NCBI GenBank assembly: GCA_965242725.1
Contig: CBDESZ010000025.1
Span: forward strand, 380,774 to 444,773
Source of the DNA: Alkalispirochaeta sp.
GTDB taxonomy: Bacteria; Spirochaetota; Spirochaetia; DSM-27196; Alkalispirochaetaceae
Direction: 5' to 3'
Length of the DNA stretch: 64,000 bases
Part shown: positions 39,176 through 49,343 of the stretch, in pieces
How the letters are laid out: every line of letters starts with the position of its first letter
Numbering within the stretch: position 1 is the stretch's first letter
Translations under genes and position numbers: made by a program
The notes under the pieces: model-generated
The model's database searches: none
What the model was told of the DNA's origin: nothing
The model's input: the letters and a program-made list of their open reading frames with translations, nothing else

Positions 39176-40151
39176 AGCGGGACTCAGGGCGGGAAACCTT
39201 TCGTGGTGGGAAATGAACCTGCCGTCGGGCGAGGTTTCCTTCGACGATGAGAAGGTAAAAATGCTCGGCTATCCGCCGAGCCGGTTTACCCGCTATACCG
39301 ACTTTATGGATCTCGTGCATCCGGAAGACTTCGAGCGGGCGATGAACGCCATGCGGGACCATCTCGAAGGGCGAACGGATCGCTACGAGGTGGAGTATCG
39401 CATCCTCGCCGGTGACGGAACGTATCGATGGTTCCGTGATGTCGGTGCGATTACCGAGAGAGAAGCGGAGACGGGGAATATACGGATTATCGGAATCGTC
39501 GCCGACATTACGCCGCGAAAAATCGCTGAAGAGAAACTTCAAACCGCTGTTGAGGAACGGGACCGGCTCATGCGGGAAATGAACCATCGCGTCAAGAACA
39601 ACCTCAATCTCGTTGCTTCATTGATCAACCTCAAAGACATGGCCCTTGGAGATGCAGTCGACCTCTCGGACCTGCGTCACCGCATCCACTCCATTGCCGT
39701 GATCCATGAGAAACTCTACAAGACCGACGACGTCGGAACGATTCAACTAGCCGATTATTCGGAAGACCTCTTGACCCGCATATTCTCCCTCAACCCCGAT
39801 CTGGCGGTAACACTTGACAATCGGATCGGTGAGCGCACCATCGACAGCAGGCGCGCCGCGAGCCTGGGGTTGATACTCAATGAACTCGCCACAAATGCGA
39901 TGAAGCACGCTTTCCGGCGGGAGGGAGACAACCGGTTTACCCTTGGTGCCGAAGTGGAGGACGGGGACGTCCTTGTTGTGACGGTACGCAACAGCGGCAC
40001 ACCCTTTCCTGAAGACCAGGATCTTCAATCCCCCGCCTCTCTCGGACTTCAACTGGTGACCGCCCTGGTGGACCAGCTGGATGGAACCATTACATTGAAA
40101 CGTATACCTGAGACAATCTTCGAAATACGCATTCCTCCTGCGGAGGAATAA
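39153..40151 (+). CDS. PAS plus HisKA_2/HWE-type histidine kinase
   Basis: VHPED, EMNHRVKNNL, LNELATNAMKHAF, SLGLQLV. Confidence 0.9.
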   Translation: MTLTERIEAGLRAGNLSWWEMNLPSGEVSFDDEKVKMLGYPPSRFTRYTDFMDLVHPEDFERAMNAMRDHLEGRTDRYEVEYRILAGDGTYRWFRDVGAITEREAETGNIRIIGIVADITPRKIAEEKLQTAVEERDRLMREMNHRVKNNLNLVASLINLKDMALGDAVDLSDLRHRIHSIAVIHEKLYKTDDVGTIQLADYSEDLLTRIFSLNPDLAVTLDNRIGERTIDSRRAASLGLILNELATNAMKHAFRREGDNRFTLGAEVEDGDVLVVTVRNSGTPFPEDQDLQSPASLGLQLVTALVDQLDGTITLKRIPETIFEIRIPPAEE

Positions 40152-40174
40152 AGCTGTCGAAGGCGCCCCGGTTG

Positions 40175-42541
40175 CTAGAGGCCGAGCTCAAGCTGGTCGT
40201 CCAGAGGGGCAAGGTCCTGAAGTCCGCGGGCAGCGGCGTCACGGCCGGGTACCTTCCGACTTCCCTCCGCCCCGGCGAGGCGGTCTCCCAGGTCAACCGC
40301 TTCGGCAATGCTGTCCCAAATGGGCCGTAACTGATGATCGATGTAGTGTCGGTAGTCGAGGCCCGAGGTCGTCCGTCCAATCGGTTCGGGCCCGGTGGTG
40401 GTCATGACGTATTCAATAGGTCCCCGTCGCGAGGTCCATCCCAGCTTACGTGCGGCCCGCACCTGAGGCGGGACGGAGCTGCGGTAATCTTCAGCGCGGC
40501 GACGAAGGACTTTGCGATAGGTCAGTTCTTCGTCGAGACGTCCCCGGAGCAACTCGGAGACGCGATGACGGACAAAAATGTCCACCCGCTCTGCGGAGCC
40601 GTCGTGGAACAGCAGTTCCAGCAATTCCCGCTGAAAGCGTTGTGCCAGGGGAGTATAGTCACTTCGTACCGCTTCCATGCCTTTGATATCAACACGGTCT
40701 TCGTCCGCGATAAGTCCGGCATATCCTTTTGCCCGCCCCCGGATAGATGAGTCTGCAGTGACCGCGCGGAGGCGGGGAAGGAGAAAACGACGATAGGCGA
40801 CGTCGCACCGAATGGCGATCCTGGAACGCACGCCATAGCCGGCCCATATCGCCTCCGCAAGATCGGCGTTCAGTTCCTCCGCAAGTTCGTCTCCCCGGGG
40901 GCTGAGATCATCACCGCCGGCGTAGACAAATACGGAATCGGTATCTCCGTAGAGAACGGTCATGCCCTTGCGATTGAAGAAGTCCCGGGCAAAGAGGAGA
41001 CAGTACCGCCCGAAGCCGGTGATCGCACCGGCGAGTTCCTTCCTGCCGTATACACACCCGGAGGAACCGAGCACGCCGTAAAACGAGTTCATCAGGATCT
41101 TGTAGACAAAGGCCGCCACCTCGTCACCCGCGGCGAGCGCCTTTTCCCGGGCATCAAAGTATGTATCAAGCAGTGCCGGAAGAATACCGGGCTCCCGTGA
41201 AAACCGGGCGCCGTTGGGGGCGGTGATTTCCTGAGGGTGCCCTGCCGGGGACTCCGGCGACAAATCGTCGGACCGCGCGGTCACCTGCTCCGTCACCGCA
41301 AATCCGAGAGGATCGATGTTGAAGGTTCTCATGATTGAGGGATAGAGGCTGCGAAAATCGAAGACGACGACGTTGTGAAAGAGGCCGGGAGTCGCGTCCA
41401 GTACCGTTCCGCCGGCGGCTCCCGATACCTCTTCGGTGCTGCCACTCCGCGGAGGAAGGACCTTGCGGCGTATAAGCTCCAGGGCGTATATGTGCTCAAA
41501 TGCGGGAATGCTCGTCCACGCGAGGTTCAGGGGCAGACCGGTCAGAGTGGACCGGATGAGGGTAAGGGTGTCGAGCCCCGTCGCATCGAGAATACGGAGC
41601 ACCAGTCGAGAATCATCGAGGTTGTAACGGCAGAACGCCTCCGGGTCGTCCCGGCGGAGTCGTTCCAGGTCGTCAAGCTTGTCCTCTCCGACGGTTTTCA
41701 CCGTTTTCCCGTCGCCAAGGACTGCCCGGGCGACGGTGTCCAGCCGGTAGTCGGAAAAGCTCCGTCCCGAACCTCGTACGACACGCATCGCGTCCACAAC
41801 CTGCCGTCCGGGAATGGTGACGCCCGTGAGACCGGAGGCCGTCTTTTTGACGCCGACACGCTCGTCTTCGGCGCGTCCGAGATCAAAGGCGATGTGGAGA
41901 TCTTCACATCGCCTGGCCAGAACGGTGAAGTCAAATCGTCTGACGTTCCAGCCAGTTATGACGTCGGGGTCCCATTCCCGCACCGTATCCGCAAATGCGG
42001 TGAGGAGTTCTTCTTCGGTCGCACAGACGCGTATCCACCCCGGGAGTGGGGGAGTGCGTGCCGGAAGTCCGTCTCCAGGGAGGAAAAAAACCGCCTCCCG
42101 GGATTCGCATACAAGGGAAATTGACACGATCCGTTGGTCCCTGTCAGTCTCGATATCCAGGGCGGACCAGACAATTCCGGGACGGTGGTCGGAAGGTTCG
42201 ATTTCAGGATTGGCAAAGACGCGGTCCACCCGTCTGCCGGCACTCCATACGCCCCGGAGGTGCACCGCGGAGCGTATGCCTCTGAAGAGCAGAAACTCAT
42301 CCACCGCCGAAAGCCCGGTGCCGAAGCCGGTCCTGCCCGCCTCCTGCACTTCAGAGAGGGGATGGCCGTCAAAGGTTCGCCAGTCGCCCCGGGGATCGGG
42401 GACAAAGGAACGACGGGTCGGGTTGTCGACCACGGCGGCAAAACTCGATCCGTCCTCCAGACGCCCGGCGAGACGTATTCGACCGCGGCGCTTCCATGCG
42501 TGAACGATATACCCTTTCCATGAGCCGGATTCAGCGGACAT
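40175..42541 (-). CDS. polB: DNA polymerase II (family B)
   Basis: ExoI DIETD, ExoII GWN..FDF, ExoIII YNLDD; polymerase motifs DFRSLYPS, KILMNSFYG, YGDTDS. Confidence 0.93.
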   Translation of the reverse strand: MSAESGSWKGYIVHAWKRRGRIRLAGRLEDGSSFAAVVDNPTRRSFVPDPRGDWRTFDGHPLSEVQEAGRTGFGTGLSAVDEFLLFRGIRSAVHLRGVWSAGRRVDRVFANPEIEPSDHRPGIVWSALDIETDRDQRIVSISLVCESREAVFFLPGDGLPARTPPLPGWIRVCATEEELLTAFADTVREWDPDVITGWNVRRFDFTVLARRCEDLHIAFDLGRAEDERVGVKKTASGLTGVTIPGRQVVDAMRVVRGSGRSFSDYRLDTVARAVLGDGKTVKTVGEDKLDDLERLRRDDPEAFCRYNLDDSRLVLRILDATGLDTLTLIRSTLTGLPLNLAWTSIPAFEHIYALELIRRKVLPPRSGSTEEVSGAAGGTVLDATPGLFHNVVVFDFRSLYPSIMRTFNIDPLGFAVTEQVTARSDDLSPESPAGHPQEITAPNGARFSREPGILPALLDTYFDAREKALAAGDEVAAFVYKILMNSFYGVLGSSGCVYGRKELAGAITGFGRYCLLFARDFFNRKGMTVLYGDTDSVFVYAGGDDLSPRGDELAEELNADLAEAIWAGYGVRSRIAIRCDVAYRRFLLPRLRAVTADSSIRGRAKGYAGLIADEDRVDIKGMEAVRSDYTPLAQRFQRELLELLFHDGSAERVDIFVRHRVSELLRGRLDEELTYRKVLRRRAEDYRSSVPPQVRAARKLGWTSRRGPIEYVMTTTGPEPIGRTTSGLDYRHYIDHQLRPIWDSIAEAVDLGDRLAGAEGSRKVPGRDAAARGLQDLAPLDDQLELGL

Positions 42542-42631
42542 TGTATCAAGGTATACCGGTGGATAATGGTGCGTATACCGGGCGTGTCGGGACAAAAGGA
42601 CATATCATGGAAGGATGGGGGTGAGTGAACG

Positions 42632-43354
42632 ATGAACACACTGTTACTTGTAATGCTGCTTCCCTGGGCGGCAGGTCTCACCGCGTTTCTGGGCGGCGGT
42701 GTCGCGTCCCTGCGGCAGAACCTCCTTGCATCCGGATCGGGACAGACCTTTTCCCATGGAATGGTCGCCTTCGGAGGAGGCGTACTCTTTGCCGCAGTCG
42801 CCTTTGCCCTGTTGCCTGAGGCGTTGGCGTACCTTCCGCTGTTCCTCCTCGCCGTTACGTTTATCGGAGGAGGCGCCGCCTTTGCATTGATCGATAGGCA
42901 GATTGCCCGCTCCAGGGGGGTGGGTGCACAGTTTGTCGCCATGCTTGTTGATTTTGTCCCTGAAGCGATATCTCTGGGTGCTGTTTTTGGTCACAACCAC
43001 CGCCTTGGATATCTCCTGGCCGGGTTTATCGGACTGCAAAACGCTCCGGAAGGGTACAACGCATTTCGTGAAATGGTCGGGGCCGGCAGAAACGGCAAAT
43101 CGACGTTACTCCTCCTTCTGGGGGTGAGCGTACTGGGACCGATTGCCGCCGTCCTGGGGTATACCACGCTTCAGAACGCGGAAATAATTACCGCGGGAAT
43201 CATGAGTTTCGCAGCGGGGGGAATCCTGTATCTTGTTTTTCAGGACATCGCCGTGCAGGCCCGCATGGCCGGTCACGCTGCGCCGGCTATCGGGGCGGTG
43301 CTTGGATTTGCCGTCGGTATGATCGGAAACGAGCTTGTCTCGGCGTTCCTGTGA
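42632..43354 (+). CDS. ZIP/ZupT-family divalent cation transporter
   Basis: AFGGGVL, DFVPEA, IGLQNAPEG, FAAGGILY. Confidence 0.85.
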   Translation: MNTLLLVMLLPWAAGLTAFLGGGVASLRQNLLASGSGQTFSHGMVAFGGGVLFAAVAFALLPEALAYLPLFLLAVTFIGGGAAFALIDRQIARSRGVGAQFVAMLVDFVPEAISLGAVFGHNHRLGYLLAGFIGLQNAPEGYNAFREMVGAGRNGKSTLLLLLGVSVLGPIAAVLGYTTLQNAEIITAGIMSFAAGGILYLVFQDIAVQARMAGHAAPAIGAVLGFAVGMIGNELVSAFL

Positions 43355-43372
43355 AGCCCGTCCGCCCGCGCG

Positions 43373-44038
43373 CTATGCCGGAATGATGCGGTATGAAATC
43401 GGGGCGATTTCGGGCCGCCGGGGATAGCCTGCCGCCTGATACCCCCGGAGTTCGCCATTCAGCTCGTCCACGGACAACGGCCATGGAGAAATACGGACTT
43501 CACCGCACGCTTCCACCGTGACTTCCATGAACCGCACTTCGTCGGAGCGGTGCCAGGAGAGGGGAAAGAGTCCGTGACCTTCCATTTCAAAACTGAGCCA
43601 GAAGGAGATCATGTCACATGAACGGGTGATTTCGTCTATCTTCCCGAGGGTATCACGGGTCAGTCCGGATAGCGGGAGGCGCTCCCCGATCAGTCCGTCC
43701 ACATAGCGTATGAGCGCTGCCGATGCGGGATCGTTTCGTCCGGAAAGGAGGCGGCGGATGTGGGCGAGCGCCACGAGATCCACCACGGGGTCGGGGTGCT
43801 CCATCGCAGCGCCCCGGGCGAGCGTCTCGATCCATCGTTCCGTCGAGATCTCTCCGATGGGCAGGGTATCCATGTCCGGGTAGCCCCGGTCGTGAAGAGC
43901 TACCGCCAGGGCGAGGCGTTCCCGCCCGATTCCCGGCGCGGAGATGTCGTCGTTTCCCCAGTGGCCGGCGATATGACCGGCCAGCCGAGCGTGCTCAGCC
44001 TGGGGGACGACGATTTCTCTTCGTCTGGACCTGAACAT
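43373..44038 (-). CDS. DUF3891-family protein
   Basis: VPQAEHARLAGHIAGHWGN, ALHDRG, CDMISF, ISPWP. Confidence 0.75.
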   Translation of the reverse strand: MFRSRRREIVVPQAEHARLAGHIAGHWGNDDISAPGIGRERLALAVALHDRGYPDMDTLPIGEISTERWIETLARGAAMEHPDPVVDLVALAHIRRLLSGRNDPASAALIRYVDGLIGERLPLSGLTRDTLGKIDEITRSCDMISFWLSFEMEGHGLFPLSWHRSDEVRFMEVTVEACGEVRISPWPLSVDELNGELRGYQAAGYPRRPEIAPISYRIIPA

Positions 44039-44041
44039 TCG

Positions 44042-44746
44042 TTACTCCCTGACGCCACGAATAATGAGATAGAGCGCCATGGACAGTTCGGCCACAAAAG
44101 CGGGAACAAAGACGGCCGTATCAAAAATATGGGAAACCTCGTCATATGAAATTATCAGCGTCCGGGCAAGAGTATCAGCCATGTAGCCGGCGGCGGCAAC
44201 CATGAGCATACCCCCCAGAATCGATGGAAAGCGGGGAGAACGGACAATCAGATACCCGACAATTGAGAGACTCACGGCGAAGAAGAGCAGCGCCAGTGCG
44301 TATCCCGTGCCGTGGAGGGTGGCGAAGAAGAGCGCCAGCGCGTTGAGCTGATCCGCCGGCATTGCAGCGAGATAGGCATCTCCGCCGAGCAGGGCGACAA
44401 CGATATAGAGGTTGAGCAAATTGGCCGCCAACACAACTGCCTGGGCGAAACGGAACGCCGCGGCCACCATCGCAATCAGGGGGCTGACATCCTTCAGTAA
44501 TCGGTAAAAGAGAAAGGCGACAATAATATCGCTGACGATCATGACCAGATCAGCCACGATTCCCCATCGCAACGATTCGGGGTTGCCCATGATATTCATT
44601 GCCGTCGCGGCGGCGTCGCCGGGAACAAAGAGCGATGAGCGGACAAAGAACTCGGCGACAATGCCTGACACGAAGAGCAGCAGGTACAACCAGCCCGTCA
44701 GGCGGGCGGTTGACTTCATATCTATACGTCGTGTTTCAGATTTCAT
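44042..44746 (-). CDS. DUF4386-family membrane protein
   Basis: ARLTGWLYL, PGDAAATAMNI, AELSMALYLIIRG. Confidence 0.8.
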   Translation of the reverse strand: MKSETRRIDMKSTARLTGWLYLLLFVSGIVAEFFVRSSLFVPGDAAATAMNIMGNPESLRWGIVADLVMIVSDIIVAFLFYRLLKDVSPLIAMVAAAFRFAQAVVLAANLLNLYIVVALLGGDAYLAAMPADQLNALALFFATLHGTGYALALLFFAVSLSIVGYLIVRSPRFPSILGGMLMVAAAGYMADTLARTLIISYDEVSHIFDTAVFVPAFVAELSMALYLIIRGVRE

Positions 44747-45803
44747 TTTTGACTCCTTTTTCTACGGTTACGATGATTTTGCCTGCCGCGTGGCCCGCTT
44801 CAAGGGTTTTCAGCGCTTCCGCGGCGCGGGAAAGGGGATATCGGGCGACAATATTCGGATCAATCACTCCTGCGGCCGCCTCATCAAGGATGCGTGACAG
44901 GTCTTCCCGGCGGGTCGTCATTGTGTGAAAGCGGAAACGCCGACCCGCAAGCATCGTCTGGAGCATGAGCGAGCCGGTGCCGCCGGTCATGACAAACCGG
45001 CCCTCCGGTGAGAGTACCCGCTGATATTCTGCAAGGTTCCTGTGGCCGTTGACAGCGTAGACGACGTCATAGAGCGGAAGCGCGTGTGTTGCCTCCATTG
45101 ACGACGCCTTGTGTGACGGCGCCGATTGTGCAGGCGACTGTGCCGGCGCCCCTTTTGACGGGTCCGTGGGATTCTCGCGGGTGTAATCGACAACGCGGTC
45201 GGCTCCCAGGGCGAGGGCCTGTTCGGTTTTGCCTCGTCCGACGACGGCGGTGACGTGGGCACCGAGCATTCGGGCTATCTGTATGGCAAATCCTCCCACC
45301 CCGCCGGAAGCACCTTCAATCAGCACCCGCTCACCTTGTTGCACCCGGGCGACGGTGGCGAGGGCCTGAAAGGCCGTTACCCCTGCGGTCGGCAGAGCCG
45401 CGCCGGCTTCCATGGTGAGTCCCGTCGGCAGGTGAACGACCGCTTCGGCGTCGACGGTAATCACCTCCGCCAGTCCACCCCGGCCATATGCGGAAAGATC
45501 GGCCACAACGGCGTCCCCGGGGGTGAAGGCATCCACGCCGTGACCCGCCGCCACGATGACGCCGGCAACGTCCGATCCGGGGACGGGGTGGCGGGGGCGG
45601 GTAATGCCGTTTCCCAGCCTCATGAAAAACGGCTCACCCCGCATGGCCAGGAGATCCGACCGGTTGAGCGCCACCGCCCGAACCGCGATCTGAACCTGCC
45701 CCGCGGCGGGGGGCACCGGTGTTGTCTCTATCAGCCCGAGTCCCTCGGGACCGCCGTAGCGATCGGCAGCAACCGCCGTTACGGCGCTGTGTTCCTCTGT
45801 CAT
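44736..45803 (-). CDS. NAD(P)-dependent MDR oxidoreductase (quinone reductase/RTN4IP1-like)
   Basis: YGGPE, PGSDVAG, GASGGVG, GHAAGKIIV. Confidence 0.9.
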   Translation of the reverse strand: MTEEHSAVTAVAADRYGGPEGLGLIETTPVPPAAGQVQIAVRAVALNRSDLLAMRGEPFFMRLGNGITRPRHPVPGSDVAGVIVAAGHGVDAFTPGDAVVADLSAYGRGGLAEVITVDAEAVVHLPTGLTMEAGAALPTAGVTAFQALATVARVQQGERVLIEGASGGVGGFAIQIARMLGAHVTAVVGRGKTEQALALGADRVVDYTRENPTDPSKGAPAQSPAQSAPSHKASSMEATHALPLYDVVYAVNGHRNLAEYQRVLSPEGRFVMTGGTGSLMLQTMLAGRRFRFHTMTTRREDLSRILDEAAAGVIDPNIVARYPLSRAAEALKTLEAGHAAGKIIVTVEKGVKNEI

Positions 45804-45856
45804 TGTTTCCTCCTGACAGGGAGAATAGAGGTAGTACCTGCGGAGGTCCTAGATAC

Positions 45857-48520
45857 TTAAGTACCGTTTTTGGTACCGTTCTCGCCGATGAATCCCCGTT
45901 TCCGCGCCACCGCGACCGCCTGGATCCGGTTGGCTGCGCCGAGTTTTTCAAAAATACGGCTGTTATGTCCCTTAACGGTGCTCAGTGAGATGAAAAGACG
46001 CTCGGCAATCCGGTCGTTCGGCAGTCCCTCTGCTACAAGTCGGAGAACTTCCAGCTCCCGGCGACTCAGTGTTGTATCCATTCCTTCACCTGTCGAACCC
46101 GACGGTGTGCCGTCGCCTTCCTCCCCACCACCCTCGGTCATCTCCCGAAAAAGGTCGGTCGCAATCGGGCCTTCATCAAGAATGGGGCGGACGGCATGCT
46201 CCGGGGCGAGCAGCACCCACGCGTTTTGCAGCACCTCCCTGGCACCGGCACGTTCGCTTTCGCTGGTTCCGCCCACGGCGAGGGCGACGCTCGTCAGGAT
46301 ACGGGATTTCACGATCAAATCGGTCCACCCCCTCTCGACGGCCTCTCGTTCCAGTGTTTCCAGCTCTTCAAGGGCGGATCGGATCTCCTCCTTCGCGATA
46401 TGAAGGCGTATCCGATCCCAGGGAAGATCCTTCCGGTGTTGCTTCATCGTCGCGTGAATCAGCGACTCCGCGGCGGCGAGGTCACCGGCGGCGAGGGCGT
46501 TATGAATTTCCTGCCCGACGACAATGGAGCTGCCCGGCCGACCGGGGTCGTCGGCGCAGTCCCGTTTGATTCGCTCAAGCTCCCGTTGTGCTCGTTTAGG
46601 CGCTCCCGCCGCTTCGTGGACCCGGCAGAGCATGACGTCGGCAGCGATGTGACTGTCTATACCTTGAATCTTCCGCGCCAGATTTCTGCCACGGATGAAA
46701 TACCCCGCCGCTTCGTCAAGTTGGTTCCGGGCGTAGGCGATGCGTCCCAGTCCGGCGTGGGCTTCACACGTAACCGGCTGGTCGGGATCCCCTGCAAGGC
46801 GCAGAACTTCAAGATAACTTTGTCGCGCCCTGCTCAGGGCGAGCTGACGCTCCAGAATGATAGCCCGCCCCGTTTCGCACAGAATGTGCAAATGGGTATA
46901 TCCAGACGCGCGGCAAATATCGACGGCCCGTCGGTAGGCATCGAGGGCGCGTGGCCGGTCATCGGAAATGTGGAATGCAAAAGCCACTGCCCGGAATACG
47001 CTTGCCCGGGGGTAGCCTTCGTCTTCCTCAAGAATCTCAAGGGCACGGTCCGCATGGGTACGAATCGTCCCGTATTCGTAGGTATTTGTCGCGAGATTCG
47101 CCCGAAGGGCGTGAACATGGGCGCGGATACGGCGTTGATCTGTCCCGTTATCTGCTGCGGCGCGTCCCGTTTCCACACGATCGGGACTCCTCTCAGTCAT
47201 CAGCCTCTCCGCCCGTGCCAGGAGCGGGGGAACATCATCGCTGCGGTACGCCGTCCATGTCGCCCACGCCTGATGTACCCACAGCATTCCGTCCCCGTCC
47301 TTCCGTTCCTGCGGTACATTCTCAAGGGCGGCAATGACGGATGCGGCCTTTCCGTGGGCGTACAGGGGGATACCGCCGCCGTCAATTGCCAGTCGAATCA
47401 GACGGGGATCTTCGGATCGCACGGCGTGGGTCAGTGCGTCGCCATAGTACCCCGCATCGACAAGCCACAGCGCCGCCCGTTTATGGAGGGGCCGAAGATC
47501 GCCTTCCAGTCGATTGCGGAGCAACTCCGCAAAGAGCGGATGCATACGGTACCACCGCCGCTCGTCGTCGAGGGGGGTCACAAAGAGGTTTACCCGTTCC
47601 AGATACTCAAGCATCTCCTGACCGGTGAGGTCGACGTCTTCATCCCCGGCGAGGGCGTCGCACAGCGCTCCGGTAAGGCGGGTGAGGATTGAACTTCGTA
47701 TGAGGAAGCGCTGTACCGCTTCGGGTTGGCTGGAGAGGGCCTCGGCGGTAAGGTAATCCACGATGTGGCGGTTGGAACCACCGAAGGAGCGGAGAAACTG
47801 ATCGGGATCCTCATATCGATTGATGGAGATCGTCGCCATCTGGAGACCGGCGACCCAGCCTTCGGTTCGTGTCTCGAGGACGTGAATACTCTGTGGATCA
47901 AGGACTGCTTCCGAGCGCAGGCGCAGGAAGTCGGATATCTCATCCCCGGTAAAACGGAGATCCCCCGACCTGATTTCGACAATATCTCCCCTCGCTCTGA
48001 GGCGGGAGAGGGGCAGGTCCGGATCCTCCCGTGTTGCGATAACCATCCTGATCTCCGACGGCATGTGATCCAGGAGATATGCGATTCCACGATGAATTTC
48101 GGACGAGGAAAGGAGATGGAAGTCGTCAAGAACCATGCAGACCGGTTCTTCAACGAGCGACAGGTCGTTCAGTGCGATCGTCAATACGGAACGGAGAGAC
48201 GGAGCGGCACTTGATTCCAGCGCCTGGAGAGTCCGTCCCGGGAGCTCCGGGACAGCCTTCTTCAGACTGGCCGCAACATGGGAAAAGAAGGTGAGCGGAT
48301 CGTCGTCATCACCATCGACAGCATACCACGCAACCCGGCCCACCACCGCCGCGGCAATCTCCCGGGCGCAGGTGGACTTACCGAAACCTGCCGGCGCTGA
48401 AATCAGCGTCAGTCTCGGGAGAGGGGCATTGCGGACAAACTGCAGGAGACGGCTCCGATCCACCAGTCCCTTCTGTCGCGGGGGAGGGGTGATCTTAGTC
48501 GTCAGAACCTCGGTTCTCAC
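45857..48520 (-). CDS. MalT-like LuxR regulator (STAND ATPase, TPR, HTH)
   Basis: APAGFGKS, VLDDFH, TEGWVAGLQ, LSRRELEVL..ISLSTVKGH. Confidence 0.92.
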   Translation of the reverse strand: MRTEVLTTKITPPPRQKGLVDRSRLLQFVRNAPLPRLTLISAPAGFGKSTCAREIAAAVVGRVAWYAVDGDDDDPLTFFSHVAASLKKAVPELPGRTLQALESSAAPSLRSVLTIALNDLSLVEEPVCMVLDDFHLLSSSEIHRGIAYLLDHMPSEIRMVIATREDPDLPLSRLRARGDIVEIRSGDLRFTGDEISDFLRLRSEAVLDPQSIHVLETRTEGWVAGLQMATISINRYEDPDQFLRSFGGSNRHIVDYLTAEALSSQPEAVQRFLIRSSILTRLTGALCDALAGDEDVDLTGQEMLEYLERVNLFVTPLDDERRWYRMHPLFAELLRNRLEGDLRPLHKRAALWLVDAGYYGDALTHAVRSEDPRLIRLAIDGGGIPLYAHGKAASVIAALENVPQERKDGDGMLWVHQAWATWTAYRSDDVPPLLARAERLMTERSPDRVETGRAAADNGTDQRRIRAHVHALRANLATNTYEYGTIRTHADRALEILEEDEGYPRASVFRAVAFAFHISDDRPRALDAYRRAVDICRASGYTHLHILCETGRAIILERQLALSRARQSYLEVLRLAGDPDQPVTCEAHAGLGRIAYARNQLDEAAGYFIRGRNLARKIQGIDSHIAADVMLCRVHEAAGAPKRAQRELERIKRDCADDPGRPGSSIVVGQEIHNALAAGDLAAAESLIHATMKQHRKDLPWDRIRLHIAKEEIRSALEELETLEREAVERGWTDLIVKSRILTSVALAVGGTSESERAGAREVLQNAWVLLAPEHAVRPILDEGPIATDLFREMTEGGGEEGDGTPSGSTGEGMDTTLSRRELEVLRLVAEGLPNDRIAERLFISLSTVKGHNSRIFEKLGAANRIQAVAVARKRGFIGENGTKNGT

Positions 48521-48596
48521 CGATGTAACATACTACTTTTTCTCGCCGACGGTTTTGGACCGCCCGTGAATCGCGACGGCGGCGTGGGTGATCAGG

Positions 48597-49232
48597 TCAG
48601 ACGAGGCCGCGGACAAGGGTGCGCAGGTCGTCGGAGAGCCGGCGGAATTCGGATTCCGACGACTCTCCCCACGCTTCAGACAGATTTGCCCGAAAGGAAA
48701 AGTCGAAAAACAACGCTCCGATAATGCGGGCAGTAGCGGCGCAATCCGTTTTGTTGTCGATGCGTCCGGCGTGGACGAGACGCGTAAGGATAGCCGTAAA
48801 GAATACGACAGGAGCGTTGAGTAGATGGTCCTCCACGCTTTTCCGCGCCGACTCGTGTCGAAACTGGCTGATCATGAGCAGTCGCCACGTCAGATGAATT
48901 TTGCGGTCGGTACGACTGAAGAAAAGTCTTGCACCGTCTACCAGAAAGTCCCCCAGATCAAAGGGCTCAGCCCCCTGAAAGTACTCGTCCGGGGGAAGGC
49001 GAAAACCGGGATCGATAAGTGAATCCGAGAGGTGCGCAAGAATGGCGTCCAGCAGAGCGTTCTTGTTTGTGAAGTGAATGTATAGGGTCGCCTCATTCAG
49101 ACCGAGGGAGCGGGTGATATCCCGTACCGACACGGCGTCATAACCCCGCTCCGCAAAGAGTTCCAGGGCCCGAAAAAATATCTGATCCTTTGTCGGAGTT
49201 TCACCGGGTTTGCGCTTGCGGGGCCTTCCCAT
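48597..49232 (-). CDS. TetR/AcrR-family regulator
   Basis: ALELFAERGYDAVSVRDIT..LGLNEATLYIHF. Confidence 0.93.
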   Translation of the reverse strand: MGRPRKRKPGETPTKDQIFFRALELFAERGYDAVSVRDITRSLGLNEATLYIHFTNKNALLDAILAHLSDSLIDPGFRLPPDEYFQGAEPFDLGDFLVDGARLFFSRTDRKIHLTWRLLMISQFRHESARKSVEDHLLNAPVVFFTAILTRLVHAGRIDNKTDCAATARIIGALFFDFSFRANLSEAWGESSESEFRRLSDDLRTLVRGLV

Positions 49233-49260
49233 TCGGTCAGTATTGCAGGAACGACGATGA

Positions 49261-49324
49261 ATATCAACAATCGTTTATTTATTTACACCGAATTTCTTGA
49301 CAAAAAATAAACAATCGTTTATTT
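49261..49324. promoter_or_regulatory. Two putative TetR operators
   Basis: Perfect palindrome AAATAAAC-AATC-GTTTATTT (49305-49324) and variant ATATCAAC-AATC-GTTTATTT (49261-49280); TTGACA at 49297-49302. Confidence 0.75.
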
Positions 49325-49343
49325 AAAATGCAAGGAGAGTTGT

